51,761 bases of DNA from Patescibacteria group bacterium (GCA_022709795.1 JAKLID010000002.1:1-51761); one strand, 5' to 3'. Shown: positions 35,304 through 44,108, counted from the stretch's first letter. A program made the numbers and translations. Notes: generated by a model from the sequence alone, not told the origin.

Positions 35304-35699
35304 ATGTCAACTGAATTCCAAAATAGGCTCAAAACACTAATGGACGAATATATTTATTTTGTCTATTGTGTCACTCAAAAATTTCCGAAAGAAGAATTAT
35401 ATTCCAGTGTCTCTCAATGGCGGAGATCTACTTTATCTATAATATTAAACTATATTGAAGGCTATGCTAGGAAGAAATCACTGGTTCAATTAAATTTTTA
35501 TGAGATATCATATGGTTCGCTCAGAGAATCGAAATATCTTTTATACTTTTCCCATAAAATAAATTTCATTACTAACGAAGAATATAGAAAAGGCTTTGAA
35601 TTAAGTGAAGAAATTGGCAAAATGCTCTGGTCGGAAATAACCAAACTTCAGAATAGTATAGATTACACAAATAAAAATAAAACTCCAATAATTAAGTGA
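35304..35699 (+). CDS. Four-helix-bundle protein (23S rRNA IVS protein / Avd-like family)
   Basis: ILNYIEGYARKKSLVQLNFYEISYGSLRESKYLL matches the family core motif. ATG 35304 is chosen because the upstream part of the ORF overlaps the ABC gene. Confidence 0.8.
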   Translation: MSTEFQNRLKTLMDEYIYFVYCVTQKFPKEELYSSVSQWRRSTLSIILNYIEGYARKKSLVQLNFYEISYGSLRESKYLLYFSHKINFITNEEYRKGFELSEEIGKMLWSEITKLQNSIDYTNKNKTPIIK

Positions 35700-35720
35700 T
35701 TTTTTGTTTTCTGTGATTTT
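35697..35720. repeat. Right arm of cassette 2
   Basis: tgattttttgttttctgtgatttt lies directly before the permease ATG at 35721. Confidence 0.6.
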
Positions 35721-36935
35721 ATGAAATTTACTGATTTATTCCAAGAAACATTTTTCGCCATTTTAGCCAATAAGGTCCGTTCCGGCCTGACTATTTTGGG
35801 TATTGTCATCGGCATCGGCTCAGTCATTGCCATGGTTTCCATCGGCCAGGGTTCAGCCAAGTCCATTACCGACCGTGTTGAATCTCTGGGCACCAACTTA
35901 TTGACTGTTATGCCTGGATCGCAAAGAGGACAACTAGTTCGCGGCGGTATAGGCTCGGCTACTACTCTAGCCTTGGAAGATGCTGAAGCGATTAAAACTG
36001 TCAGCGGCGTTAAAACAGTTGCCCCAACAGTTAGCACTCGCAAACAGATTACTATCAAAGGTAGCAATACCAATAGTTCTATTTACGGCATTGACGCCAG
36101 TTATTTTTCTGTCAAATCAATCACCATGGAGCTCGGTAGCCCGTTTACCGAAATACAAATCAAATCAAAAAACAAAGTCGCTATTATCGGCCCGACCACT
36201 CGTGATACTTTGTACGGTGAAGGCTATGATCCGGTCGGTCAAAAAATTCGAATTGACGGCCAGGAATATACCGTGATTGGCGTTACTGAGAGTAAAGGTG
36301 GCACTGGCTTTGGCAGCTCTGACGATTTGGTTTACGTTCCTCTTGGTACTGCCCAGCAATATCTGATCGGCAACAGTAAACTTAGTAATATCAGCGTGGA
36401 AGTGATCAGCGCGGAATTGATGGATTCTACTGAAGAGGCGATTTCCGCTTTATTACTACAACGCCACAATATCAGCGACGCCGCCAATGCCGACTTTAGC
36501 ATTATGAATCAAGCCGATATGCTCTCCGCTATGACTGATATGACCAGTACTTTGACTTTACTCCTTGGCTCCATCGCCGGCATTTCCCTCATTGTTGGCG
36601 GTATTGGTATTATGAATATGATGTTAACTACTGTCACTGAGCGCACTCGTGAAATCGGTCTGCGCAAAGCCATTGGCGCCAAGCGTGGTGATATCAGTCT
36701 GCAGTTTTTGGCCGAAGCAGTCACCCTGACTTTTATCAGTGGTATTATTGGTATTTTACTCGGCTGGCTCTTGAGTTATCTTGTTGCCAGATTTGGCAGT
36801 ATCACCACGAGCATCTCGCCCCAGTCAGTTATCCTGGCTTTTGGTGTTTCCGGCGCCATCGGTATTATTTTTGGTTATTACCCAGCCCGCCGTGCTGCCA
36901 AGTTAAATCCGATTGAAGCCCTAAGATATGAATAA
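35721..36935 (+). CDS. ABC transporter permease (MacB/FtsX-type)
   Basis: TM1, a large periplasmic domain, and a C-terminal FtsX domain with TERTREIGLRKAIGA. Confidence 0.9.
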   Translation: MKFTDLFQETFFAILANKVRSGLTILGIVIGIGSVIAMVSIGQGSAKSITDRVESLGTNLLTVMPGSQRGQLVRGGIGSATTLALEDAEAIKTVSGVKTVAPTVSTRKQITIKGSNTNSSIYGIDASYFSVKSITMELGSPFTEIQIKSKNKVAIIGPTTRDTLYGEGYDPVGQKIRIDGQEYTVIGVTESKGGTGFGSSDDLVYVPLGTAQQYLIGNSKLSNISVEVISAELMDSTEEAISALLLQRHNISDAANADFSIMNQADMLSAMTDMTSTLTLLLGSIAGISLIVGGIGIMNMMLTTVTERTREIGLRKAIGAKRGDISLQFLAEAVTLTFISGIIGILLGWLLSYLVARFGSITTSISPQSVILAFGVSGAIGIIFGYYPARRAAKLNPIEALRYE

Positions 36936-37060
36936 CAATTTCCAAATCCCAATTTCCAATTTCCAAATAAATTCCAATAATCAATTTCCAATTAGCCAAA
37001 TTAATATTTTGAATTTGTAATTTGGGGTTTATTTGGAAATTGTTTCTTAGCGATTGGAGC
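36936..37060. repeat. Heptad-phased inverted-repeat spacer without ORF (empty stem)
   Basis: caatttc|caaatcc|caatttc|caatttc|caaataa|attccaa|taatcaa|tttccaa|ttagcca, then the complementary arm ...gaatttgtaatttggggtttatttggaaattg. Confidence 0.7.
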
Positions 37061-37081
37061 TTAAAAATTAATCATCGCAAT

Positions 37082-37525
37082 ATGAAAAAAAATCTACCCA
37101 TCGTAATTGCAATTGTAGCTCTCGTGGCCGCCGGTTCTTTCTATGGTGGTATGAAATATCAAGCCAGTAAAACCCCCTCTCGCGGCCAGTTCACCGGCGG
37201 TCCAGAAGGCATGTTTGGCCCAGGTGGCGCGAATCGCGCCGGCAATAGTAGTATGAGCTTTATTAACGGCGAGATAATCAGTAAAGACGATCAGAGTGTT
37301 ACTGTCAAATTAAACAATGGCGGTTCCAAAACAGTTTATTATTCCGCCTCTACCACTATCGGCAAAATGGCCACTGGCACTCCCGAGGATTTATCTGTTG
37401 GTGCTCCGGTTATGATCACCGGAAAATCCAATACTGACGGCAATGTTACCGCCGAAAGTATTCAAATCCGAAACGGCCAGGAACCTATCAGAGCAGGTGC
37501 GCCAGCGCCAACTCCCCAACAGTAA
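37082..37525 (+). CDS. Membrane-anchored hypothetical protein with a beta-rich module (tentatively DUF5666-like)
   Basis: N-terminal TM. GEIISKDDQSVTVKLNNGGSKTVYYSASTTIGK...DLSVGAPVMITGKSNTDGNVTAESIQI. Confidence 0.5.
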   Translation: MKKNLPIVIAIVALVAAGSFYGGMKYQASKTPSRGQFTGGPEGMFGPGGANRAGNSSMSFINGEIISKDDQSVTVKLNNGGSKTVYYSASTTIGKMATGTPEDLSVGAPVMITGKSNTDGNVTAESIQIRNGQEPIRAGAPAPTPQQ

Positions 37526-37546
37526 ATATTATTTATTTTCAACAAA

Positions 37547-37578
37547 ACCACCCTTTGGTGCACGAAGGGCGGTTTTTA
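37547..37578 (+). terminator. Probable intrinsic terminator
   Basis: accaccctt-tggtgcacg-aagggcggt plus ttttt. Confidence 0.5.
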
Positions 37579-37635
37579 TTTGGCTTGTTGGGTTACTTGC
37601 CAGAAATGTTGCCAGCAGGTAAAATTAACTTACTT

Positions 37636-38934
37636 ATGTTTGCCAAATCAAAAATTTTTGTCGGCCGGATAATCTTGGTGATTATTTGTATTACCCCTCT
37701 CGTTTTTTGGCTGCTACTTGAACCACTTGGCCGTCGCTTTTCTGATTTGAATTCCACCCTGACCAGTCTGGGCCAGATTTTCGCCCTGCTTGGTTTTTCA
37801 CTTTTTGCTATCGTGATTATGCTCGCCGCTCGGCTAAAATTTGTTGAAGACTATTTTCACGGCTTGAACCGCGTTTATATCAATCATCATTTTTTGGGCG
37901 GTGTCGCTTTTATTTTATTGCTCTTCCATCCGCTGTGGCTGACAGCCAAATATGCTGTTGCGTCGAGCTATAGTGCCGCGCTTTTTCTTTTGCCCGATTT
38001 GCATAATCCGGCCAAAACGCTCGGCGGCACGGCCTTGGGATTGATGCTTGTTTTATTGATCATTACTTTTTATTTGTCATTAAAATATCATGTTTGGAAA
38101 TTATCGCATAAATTTTTGGCCCTGGCTTTCACTATCGGCTTTACGCACATGCTGCTCATTCCGAGCGATGTCTCCCGCCACCCAGGCCTGAAAATTTATA
38201 TGGTTATTCTGGCGGCCGGCGCTTTTTTTTCAATTTTGTACCGGGTTCTATTTTCCCGTGGGCTAATCAAGAAATATCATTACTCAATCGTAGCTATCAA
38301 CAAATTAAATCGCGGCGTTATTGAAATAGTCATGAAACCGGCGGCGAATGAACGGCTGGAATTTCAGCCCGGCCAGTTTGCTTTCTTTAGTTTTATTGCT
38401 CCCGGCCTGAGCCGTGAATATCATCCTTTCTCCTTTACCTCTAGTCCCGCTGAGGAGTTATTGAAAATTATTGTCAAAGCTCTGGGTGACTTTACCGTCA
38501 CCCTCAGTGATAAATTGAAAGTCGGTTCGCCAGTTTTTATCGAAGGTCCTTTCGGCCGGTTTGTCTCTCATGGCCAAAAACAAATCTGGCTGGCTGGTGG
38601 TATCGGCGTTACGCCGTTTATTAGCATGGCCCAAAATATTCCCACTACTACAGAAGTTGATTTTTTTTATTCGGCCATTAGCGAGACTGATTTACTCTGG
38701 CGAGAAGAATTAATCTCACTCTCTTCCGCTCAAAAAAATTTTCATTTTTTCCCTCACTTTTCCAGCACGGCCGGGCATTTGACCGCGGAGATGATCAAAA
38801 GCAAGAGCCAAAATTTTATAGCCAAAGAAATTTTCATCTGCGGTCCTCCGCCCATGATGAGATCTTTAAAAAAACAATTTATTAATTTAGGTGTTTCTTC
38901 ACACAACATCCATACGGAGGAATTTAGCTTATGA
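37636..38934 (+). CDS. NOX/FRE-family flavocytochrome (ferric-reductase-like TM domain + FAD/NAD(P)H dehydrogenase domain)
   Basis: Bis-heme His pairs with NOX-type spacing (NHHFLGGVAFILLLFH, 13 residues between His; HKFLALAFTIGFTH, 12 residues between His). FAD motif HPFSFTS, NAD(P)H motif LAGGIGVTPF, and CGPPPM. Confidence 0.8.
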   Translation: MFAKSKIFVGRIILVIICITPLVFWLLLEPLGRRFSDLNSTLTSLGQIFALLGFSLFAIVIMLAARLKFVEDYFHGLNRVYINHHFLGGVAFILLLFHPLWLTAKYAVASSYSAALFLLPDLHNPAKTLGGTALGLMLVLLIITFYLSLKYHVWKLSHKFLALAFTIGFTHMLLIPSDVSRHPGLKIYMVILAAGAFFSILYRVLFSRGLIKKYHYSIVAINKLNRGVIEIVMKPAANERLEFQPGQFAFFSFIAPGLSREYHPFSFTSSPAEELLKIIVKALGDFTVTLSDKLKVGSPVFIEGPFGRFVSHGQKQIWLAGGIGVTPFISMAQNIPTTTEVDFFYSAISETDLLWREELISLSSAQKNFHFFPHFSSTAGHLTAEMIKSKSQNFIAKEIFICGPPPMMRSLKKQFINLGVSSHNIHTEEFSL

Positions 38935-39337
38935 TAAAAAAATTTGTTTCTGCCGGCTTATTTATTTTTTTCGCCGTAGTCGTGGCTGTATTAGTTGCTG
39001 GTTTGGTTTTTTATGATCGTCAGAACCAAACCGCCAAACCGCCAATCGTAAATCAGCCAATTTCTGACAGCGTGGACCCTGCTCTGACCGCCCAAGAGAT
39101 CGCCAAACACGCCAGTGTCACTGATTGCTGGGGATTATTGATGGGGCTGTTTATAATGTTACTCCTGCCATTGCCGGTCACTCTGGCGGAGCTGAAGCCA
39201 TTATTGCCGCTTGTGGCACAGACGCCACCCAGACTTTTAGCACCAAAGGAGATAAAAACATGCCGCACTCCAAAGGCGCCAAGGAAATAATGAAAAATTA
39301 TTATTTAGGCAACCTGGTGGTAGCGCCGGTTAAATAA
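38931..39337 (+). pseudogene. Membrane-anchored cytochrome b5-like heme-binding protein, interrupted by a 1-nt frameshift in a G run
   Basis: Frame A (38931...) gives TM + LTAQEIAKHASVTDCW. Frame B (from ~39131) gives GIIDGAVYNVTPAIAGHSGGAEAIIAACGTDATQTF...HSKGA. The switch is at tggggatt (39129-39136). One extra G would give DCWGIIDG. The ATGA start overlaps the upstream stop. Confidence 0.7.
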
Positions 39338-39362
39338 TTTATTTATTCGTTAAACAAAAACT

Positions 39363-39908
39363 ATGCATTCAAAATATGTCATCATCGCGCTTCTGGTCGT
39401 CATCGCGTTGATCGTCTTGGCCTATATTTTTGTCCCTAGCCCAGATGACAAAACGTCCCTGACCAATACTGCCGCCGAAAGTTCCGCCGTCGTGGATGAA
39501 AAGACCACGCCAGCCGATAGCGTCAATATGGACCCAAACAATGACGCCGCTTTGAGTTCTCCTGAACAATTAACTGATAATCCTATGGAATTAAAAATAG
39601 AAACTATTACCCCGGGTCAAGGCGAAGTGCCAATTGCCGCTGGCCAGACCGCTGTTGTGCATTACACTGGCTGGTTGACTGATGGCACTAAATTTGACTC
39701 CAGTGTTGACCGCGGCGAGCCATTTGAATTTATTGTCGGCGCGGGAGCTGTTATTGCCGGTTGGGATCAGGGAGTTCTCGGTATGAAAGTCGGGGAGAAG
39801 CGCAAGCTGACCATTCCCTCGGACTTGGCTTATGGCGACGCTGGCGTCGGTCCTATTCCTCCCAAAGCCACTCTTGTTTTCGAAGTCGAACTCTTGGGTA
39901 TTAAATAG
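39363..39908 (+). CDS. FKBP-type peptidyl-prolyl cis-trans isomerase, membrane-anchored
   Basis: [60 protein letters not shown] ... LVFEVELL. Confidence 0.9.
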   Translation: MHSKYVIIALLVVIALIVLAYIFVPSPDDKTSLTNTAAESSAVVDEKTTPADSVNMDPNNDAALSSPEQLTDNPMELKIETITPGQGEVPIAAGQTAVVHYTGWLTDGTKFDSSVDRGEPFEFIVGAGAVIAGWDQGVLGMKVGEKRKLTIPSDLAYGDAGVGPIPPKATLVFEVELLGIK

Positions 39909-39951
39909 TGTTATACTAAATACTTAATACTAAATACTTAATACCAAAAAT

Positions 39952-40425
39952 ATGGACACTCAACCCAAAAAATTATATCGTTCCACGACCAGTAAAGTCA
40001 TCTTCGGCGTCTGCGGCGGCTTGGGCGAATATTTTGATATTGACCCCATCATTGTCCGCGCGCTTTTTGTGATTTTCGCGCTCATGGGCGGGGGAGCGAT
40101 CATCCTCTATTTACTGCTCGCCCTGATCATCCCGAGCGACAACCCGGCTGTCAGCTCCAGCCAGGAAGTCAAAGATTTTGCTCACGACCTCGGCGCCAAA
40201 GCCCAGGAGATTGCCAGTGAATTCAAAAGAGAAAAACCAGCCGCTAGCAATTCCCGCAGCTACTTCGGGTTGATCATCGTTTTGATTGGTGTATTTTTCC
40301 TGCTGAAAGAACTCCTGCCCTGGCCCATGCATTATTATTTCCCCTGGTTTCGTTGGGATCTTTTCTGGCCGTTGCTCATTATTCTCGCCGGTATCTATAT
40401 CATGGTCAAAAAAACCAGAGTTTAA
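39952..40425 (+). CDS. PspC domain-containing membrane protein
   Basis: LYRSTTSKVIFGVCGGLGEYFDIDPIIVRALFVIF. Confidence 0.85.
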   Translation: MDTQPKKLYRSTTSKVIFGVCGGLGEYFDIDPIIVRALFVIFALMGGGAIILYLLLALIIPSDNPAVSSSQEVKDFAHDLGAKAQEIASEFKREKPAASNSRSYFGLIIVLIGVFFLLKELLPWPMHYYFPWFRWDLFWPLLIILAGIYIMVKKTRV

Positions 40426-40440
40426 TCAAAGACAAAACAA

Positions 40441-40504
40441 AGGCGACGCGCCTGCCCGCCACGCTATGCGCTAGCATTGCGGACAGGTCGACGTGTCGCC
40501 TTTT
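40441..40504. terminator. Long GC-rich hairpin between convergent genes (probable bidirectional terminator)
   Basis: Outer stem aggcgac...gtcgcc plus tttt, inner stem cctgcccgc...gcggacagg. Confidence 0.5.
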
Positions 40505-40514
40505 ATATTTGGTC

Positions 40515-41258
40515 TTATTCCCCAATCACCATTCCCATCGCCCAAATCAGTACTATCCCCGCCACAAACCACATCGTCTGTCTGGTGATTTTTTTACTAT
40601 CCGTTTCGTGATGAATTATGGGAATCAAATCCGCCATGGCCAGATAAATAAAATTACCCGCCGCAATAGCCAAAAGTATTGGCGTGATCTGCCACTCTCC
40701 GGCAAAAAAATAGGCGAGTGTGGCTCCGAGGATTGCTGTTATAGCAAAGAGAAAATTGTAAAAGTAAATTTTTTTTATTGATAATCCAGCAAAAGACAGG
40801 ACTCCAGCATCAGATAGCTCTTGGGGGATTTCATGCACCACGACCGCGACCGTGGTCAGAAATCCGAGCCTGACATCCACCATAAAAGCAGAAGCCAAAA
40901 CCACGCCGTCCACAAAATTGTGCAGCCCGTCGCCAAACAGATTGAACCAGGCCAGGTGATGGTGCTTTCCTTCCTGACAATTATCATGCTGGCAATGATG
41001 CCAGTGGAAAATCGTTTCCACCAAAAATAAAATCAAAATAGTCATTAAAACCGTCAGCCCGAGATTTTCCGGTGTCAGCCCTTCATTCAAAGCTTCCGGG
41101 ACAATATCCAGCCAGGTCACGGCCAAGAGTACTCCAGCTGCCAAGCTGATCAGCCCGCCGATTTTTTTATACATGCCAGTCTGGAAAAACAAAAAAATCG
41201 CCAAGACCGAAATTAGACTGACGACGAGCGTTGAGATGATGATTAAAAATAGTATCAT
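40515..41258 (-). CDS. ZIP family metal (zinc) transporter
   Basis: HNFVDGVVLASAF and VVVHEIPQELSDAGVL motifs, polytopic. ATG at 41258 is chosen because the upstream extension runs through a palindromic non-coding element. Confidence 0.85.
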   Translation of the reverse strand: MILFLIIISTLVVSLISVLAIFLFFQTGMYKKIGGLISLAAGVLLAVTWLDIVPEALNEGLTPENLGLTVLMTILILFLVETIFHWHHCQHDNCQEGKHHHLAWFNLFGDGLHNFVDGVVLASAFMVDVRLGFLTTVAVVVHEIPQELSDAGVLSFAGLSIKKIYFYNFLFAITAILGATLAYFFAGEWQITPILLAIAAGNFIYLAMADLIPIIHHETDSKKITRQTMWFVAGIVLIWAMGMVIGE

Positions 41259-41402
41259 AGAATTATGTTGTAGGGGCGTATGGCCATACGCCCGGATAAT
41301 TTGTAGGGGCAGTAGAACCGCCCAGTTGAAACCGTCTAACCTTGAAATTATAGCATAATTCAAAGCAGTCGGCGAGATAAGTGAATTAAGTAAAATAAGT
41401 TC

Positions 41403-41442
41403 AAAAAAATATGGCTCTACTAGAAAATCGCAAAGCCATATT
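41403..41442 (-). terminator. Intrinsic terminator of the 41458-42339 gene
   Basis: aatatggct / agccatatt stem, followed on the minus strand by a T7 run. Confidence 0.6.
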
Positions 41443-41457
41443 CTTCAAAAAATTACT

Positions 41458-42339
41458 TTATTTTTCCCCAGTTAGAACATCTCTTAAATGTTCATAAATT
41501 TTTTTGGCCATCTCTTGGTTGTTTCGCAAGCCGACATCAAAAATTGGATAATTATCAATAAAGACTAAATCGCGTTGTGCTATAACATGAATCTTGCCAA
41601 TATTGCAGTCAATGGTAGGCATATCTCCGTCGTCCTTTTCCTCAATATTAGATGTTTGTAAATTACTCATTTCTTTAACTGATTTAATACCTAATATGGT
41701 TTTTATCTTTTCATCAATTTTAAACTCCTTAAATAACTCCGCACGTTTTTTATCCAAGGTCATATCCTCTCTCAATATACATATCTTTCTTAGGCGCTCA
41801 TGAATTTTTGTGGCTATTTCTGGATTGCCAACCGCCTCATCGTCAATCAAGACTGCATAAACGCCGTTCGTATTTTTTGTTTTAACATGAATCTTGCCAA
41901 TATAACAGTCAATAGTGGGCATATCTCCGCCGTCCTTTTCCTCAATATTAGATGTTTGCAAATTGCTTATTTCATTATCTGATTTGATGCCCAGTACTGC
42001 ATCTATTTTTTGATCAATCCCTTCAAGTAATTCTGCTTTATTTTTTTGTCCTTCGCTATCAATTCCATTTCTTAACACTGCTTCTTCTTGGGCGTCAGTT
42101 TTCATTAGACCCAATTTTATTTCACTAAAAGTAATTTTATTATTCGGATCCTCCGCCTTTATTCTACTCAATTCTTCTGCCGCTCTCGAGACTAATTCCA
42201 GGCCATATTGTACTCTTTTACCATCGACTATTTCGTCAATTTCGTTTAGACTTCTGCCAATTTCCCCCGGTGATTTTCTGGGCATATTTTTTCCTTTTAA
42301 TTCCAATGATATTTCCTCGGTTGGAATTTTAATTACCAT
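41458..42339 (-). CDS. Hypothetical protein with an internal 100-aa tandem duplication
   Basis: AT-rich ORF with no signal peptide. ILGIKS..E.SNLQTSNIEEKD.GDMPTIDC.IGKIHV occurs twice, exactly 300 nt apart. Confidence 0.6.
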   Translation of the reverse strand: MVIKIPTEEISLELKGKNMPRKSPGEIGRSLNEIDEIVDGKRVQYGLELVSRAAEELSRIKAEDPNNKITFSEIKLGLMKTDAQEEAVLRNGIDSEGQKNKAELLEGIDQKIDAVLGIKSDNEISNLQTSNIEEKDGGDMPTIDCYIGKIHVKTKNTNGVYAVLIDDEAVGNPEIATKIHERLRKICILREDMTLDKKRAELFKEFKIDEKIKTILGIKSVKEMSNLQTSNIEEKDDGDMPTIDCNIGKIHVIAQRDLVFIDNYPIFDVGLRNNQEMAKKIYEHLRDVLTGEK

Positions 42340-42471
42340 ATCTTAATATTACCCCAATCACCATTACTGTCAAATACCAAAGGGAATAAACAAAACCGCT
42401 CCTCAGGGCGGCTTTATTCATAAATCATAAATCCTAAATCCTATTTTTTGCCTTTTTCCTTTTTCCTTTAT

Positions 42472-43914
42472 TTAAATCCCCATCGCATTCCGATACTGTT
42501 CCGTCTTCTGCCAGCTCTCCCAAGGAATTGTCGGGTGTACAGTCACTCCGCCCAGCTGGATCGCTTTCGTTATCGCTTCCACCGGATAATGCCCATAAAT
42601 ATAGGCTCGGATCAAAGTCTGCCAATTTTTGTCGCTGATTTTGACCACGCCCATTTTCTGGCGGATCAAATTTTTCAATTCATTACCTTTGGCTGTTTCC
42701 TGGCTGGTCGTCAGCTTCGGTCGGTAGTAGAGTGCCGCTTGCAATTTGGCACTGCCGGCGATGAGCGGGTCATAACCGTATTTCAATTCCACGTCATCAT
42801 TATAACCGTCACCATCAGTATCTTTTTTATTCGGATTAGTATAAATTTCTTTTTCATAGCCGTCAGATAAAGTATCGCCATCAGTATCTTTCAATTCAGC
42901 CGCGATTGTCACTGACGCGTTTTGAGTGTCGGTTGCTTTGGCCGTTGCTTTGGCTGCTTCATTCGGACTGAAAGTCCGGAAAGTATATTCGGTTGTTTCT
43001 TTTCTTTTGTCATAAAAACTCTCATAACATTCCAGCTTGTAATAATAAACCGTGGCCGGTTCCAGTCCGGTCAAAGAAATCGAATGTTCTACCACTCGTT
43101 CTTTGTTATTAGCCTCCAGCTCTTTGTTATAATCACCGGACTTCAGGCCGTAGCGGATTTTGCATTTGGCGATCATGTTCGTGCGCCAACTCAAGTTCAC
43201 TCCAGTGGTAAATACCCTGGTCGGGTCAGCGTCTATTGGCCGGATATTATCGATCACCAGCTCGGTTTTGTTGGACAAAGATGTCCCTGTTCGGAATTGG
43301 ATGGTCGTGTCGGTTTTATTCTGATCGCGGTCTTCGGCAATAATTTTAAAATAATATTTTTGGTCAGTATCCAGATCGCCGATTATTTTTTCGTGTCTGA
43401 TTCTAAAATCTCCGTCGCCTGAGCCGCGGTTCAGATTATTCGGGTCAGTGCCGAATTTTATCTCCGCTTTGGTTTCCTCATTGGTTTCCCACTCCAGGGC
43501 AATGGCGTCTTTGGTGGATTGCAAGACTGTGGCTGAGACAAATTGCGGCGCTAGGGTATCAGGCATGTCCTTGGTAGAAAAAGTTTGTAGAAATAATTCT
43601 TTACTCTCATTTGCCCTATTGACCGCCGTTATCTTGTAATAATAAGTCACGTCTCTTTCCAATCCACTCAAGGTTGTTTCATGATTATAATCATAGACGC
43701 CATATTCCAGACTTTTATCCAGTTTGTCAGCGCTTTTGCCATAATAAATATAAGCCTTGGTCGGCTCCTCAAAAGTGTCCCAACTGATTTTGGCCGTGCC
43801 ATTTCTGATCGCGTAAACATAAACATTACTAAAACTGATTTCCGCTTGAGTTGGTGATGCGCCAGTGAGTGCAATTGATATAAGAATTGTTAGATAAATA
43901 GCTTTTTTTCTCAT
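42472..43914 (-). CDS. Secreted surface protein: 3 FN3-like domains + TSP3-type Ca-binding repeats + conserved C-terminal module
   Basis: Signal peptide MRKKAIYLTILISIALTGASPTQA. Three ~95-aa beta-sandwich repeats end in YYYK/YYFK/YYYK. DTDGDTLSDGYEKEIYTNPNKKDTDGDGYNDDVELKYGYDP follows. The C-terminus reads WQTLIRAYIYGHYPVEAITKAIQLGGVTVHPTIPW. Confidence 0.7.
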   Translation of the reverse strand: MRKKAIYLTILISIALTGASPTQAEISFSNVYVYAIRNGTAKISWDTFEEPTKAYIYYGKSADKLDKSLEYGVYDYNHETTLSGLERDVTYYYKITAVNRANESKELFLQTFSTKDMPDTLAPQFVSATVLQSTKDAIALEWETNEETKAEIKFGTDPNNLNRGSGDGDFRIRHEKIIGDLDTDQKYYFKIIAEDRDQNKTDTTIQFRTGTSLSNKTELVIDNIRPIDADPTRVFTTGVNLSWRTNMIAKCKIRYGLKSGDYNKELEANNKERVVEHSISLTGLEPATVYYYKLECYESFYDKRKETTEYTFRTFSPNEAAKATAKATDTQNASVTIAAELKDTDGDTLSDGYEKEIYTNPNKKDTDGDGYNDDVELKYGYDPLIAGSAKLQAALYYRPKLTTSQETAKGNELKNLIRQKMGVVKISDKNWQTLIRAYIYGHYPVEAITKAIQLGGVTVHPTIPWESWQKTEQYRNAMGI

Positions 43915-44099
43915 AAAATTGAGGTTATAAATTACTGCTTTTATTATTGCATATTTTAGCCATTTTGTCAACCATTGTTAATTACACTTGACTGTAAAAC
44001 AAACCACCTCACTATGTATTAATATTCCATATCATCCAACCAAAATTATGAGCCGCCGCGCCTAAATTTTTCCCCAAGGTTTGTTGATTATCATTTTTG

Positions 44100-44108
44100 T
44101 GGTATAAT
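44100..44108 (+). promoter_or_regulatory. Extended -10 (TGgTATAAT) upstream of the orphan pilin
   Basis: tggtataat lies 43 nt upstream of the ATG at 44151. Confidence 0.4.

Noticed and set aside
41262-41300. Palindrome aggggcgtatggccatacgcccg upstream of the ZIP transporter as a Zur/metal-repressor operator.
   Set aside because: It does not resemble known AT-rich Zur boxes and looks like one more GC-rich hairpin repeat. Position alone (just upstream of the start) is not enough to call it.
41584-42001. Diversity-generating retroelement (template/variable repeat pair) associated with the Avd-like four-helix-bundle genes.
   Set aside because: No reverse transcriptase is in the window. The only long near-identical repeat pair lies within one ORF, and its mismatches are not adenine-specific (t/c, g/a and a/t changes are all seen).
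42434-42625. 63-aa ORF overlapping the 3' end of the FN3/TSP3 gene.
   Set aside because: It is out of frame on the same strand as the larger gene, inside its well-conserved C-terminal module. No independent signal supports it.
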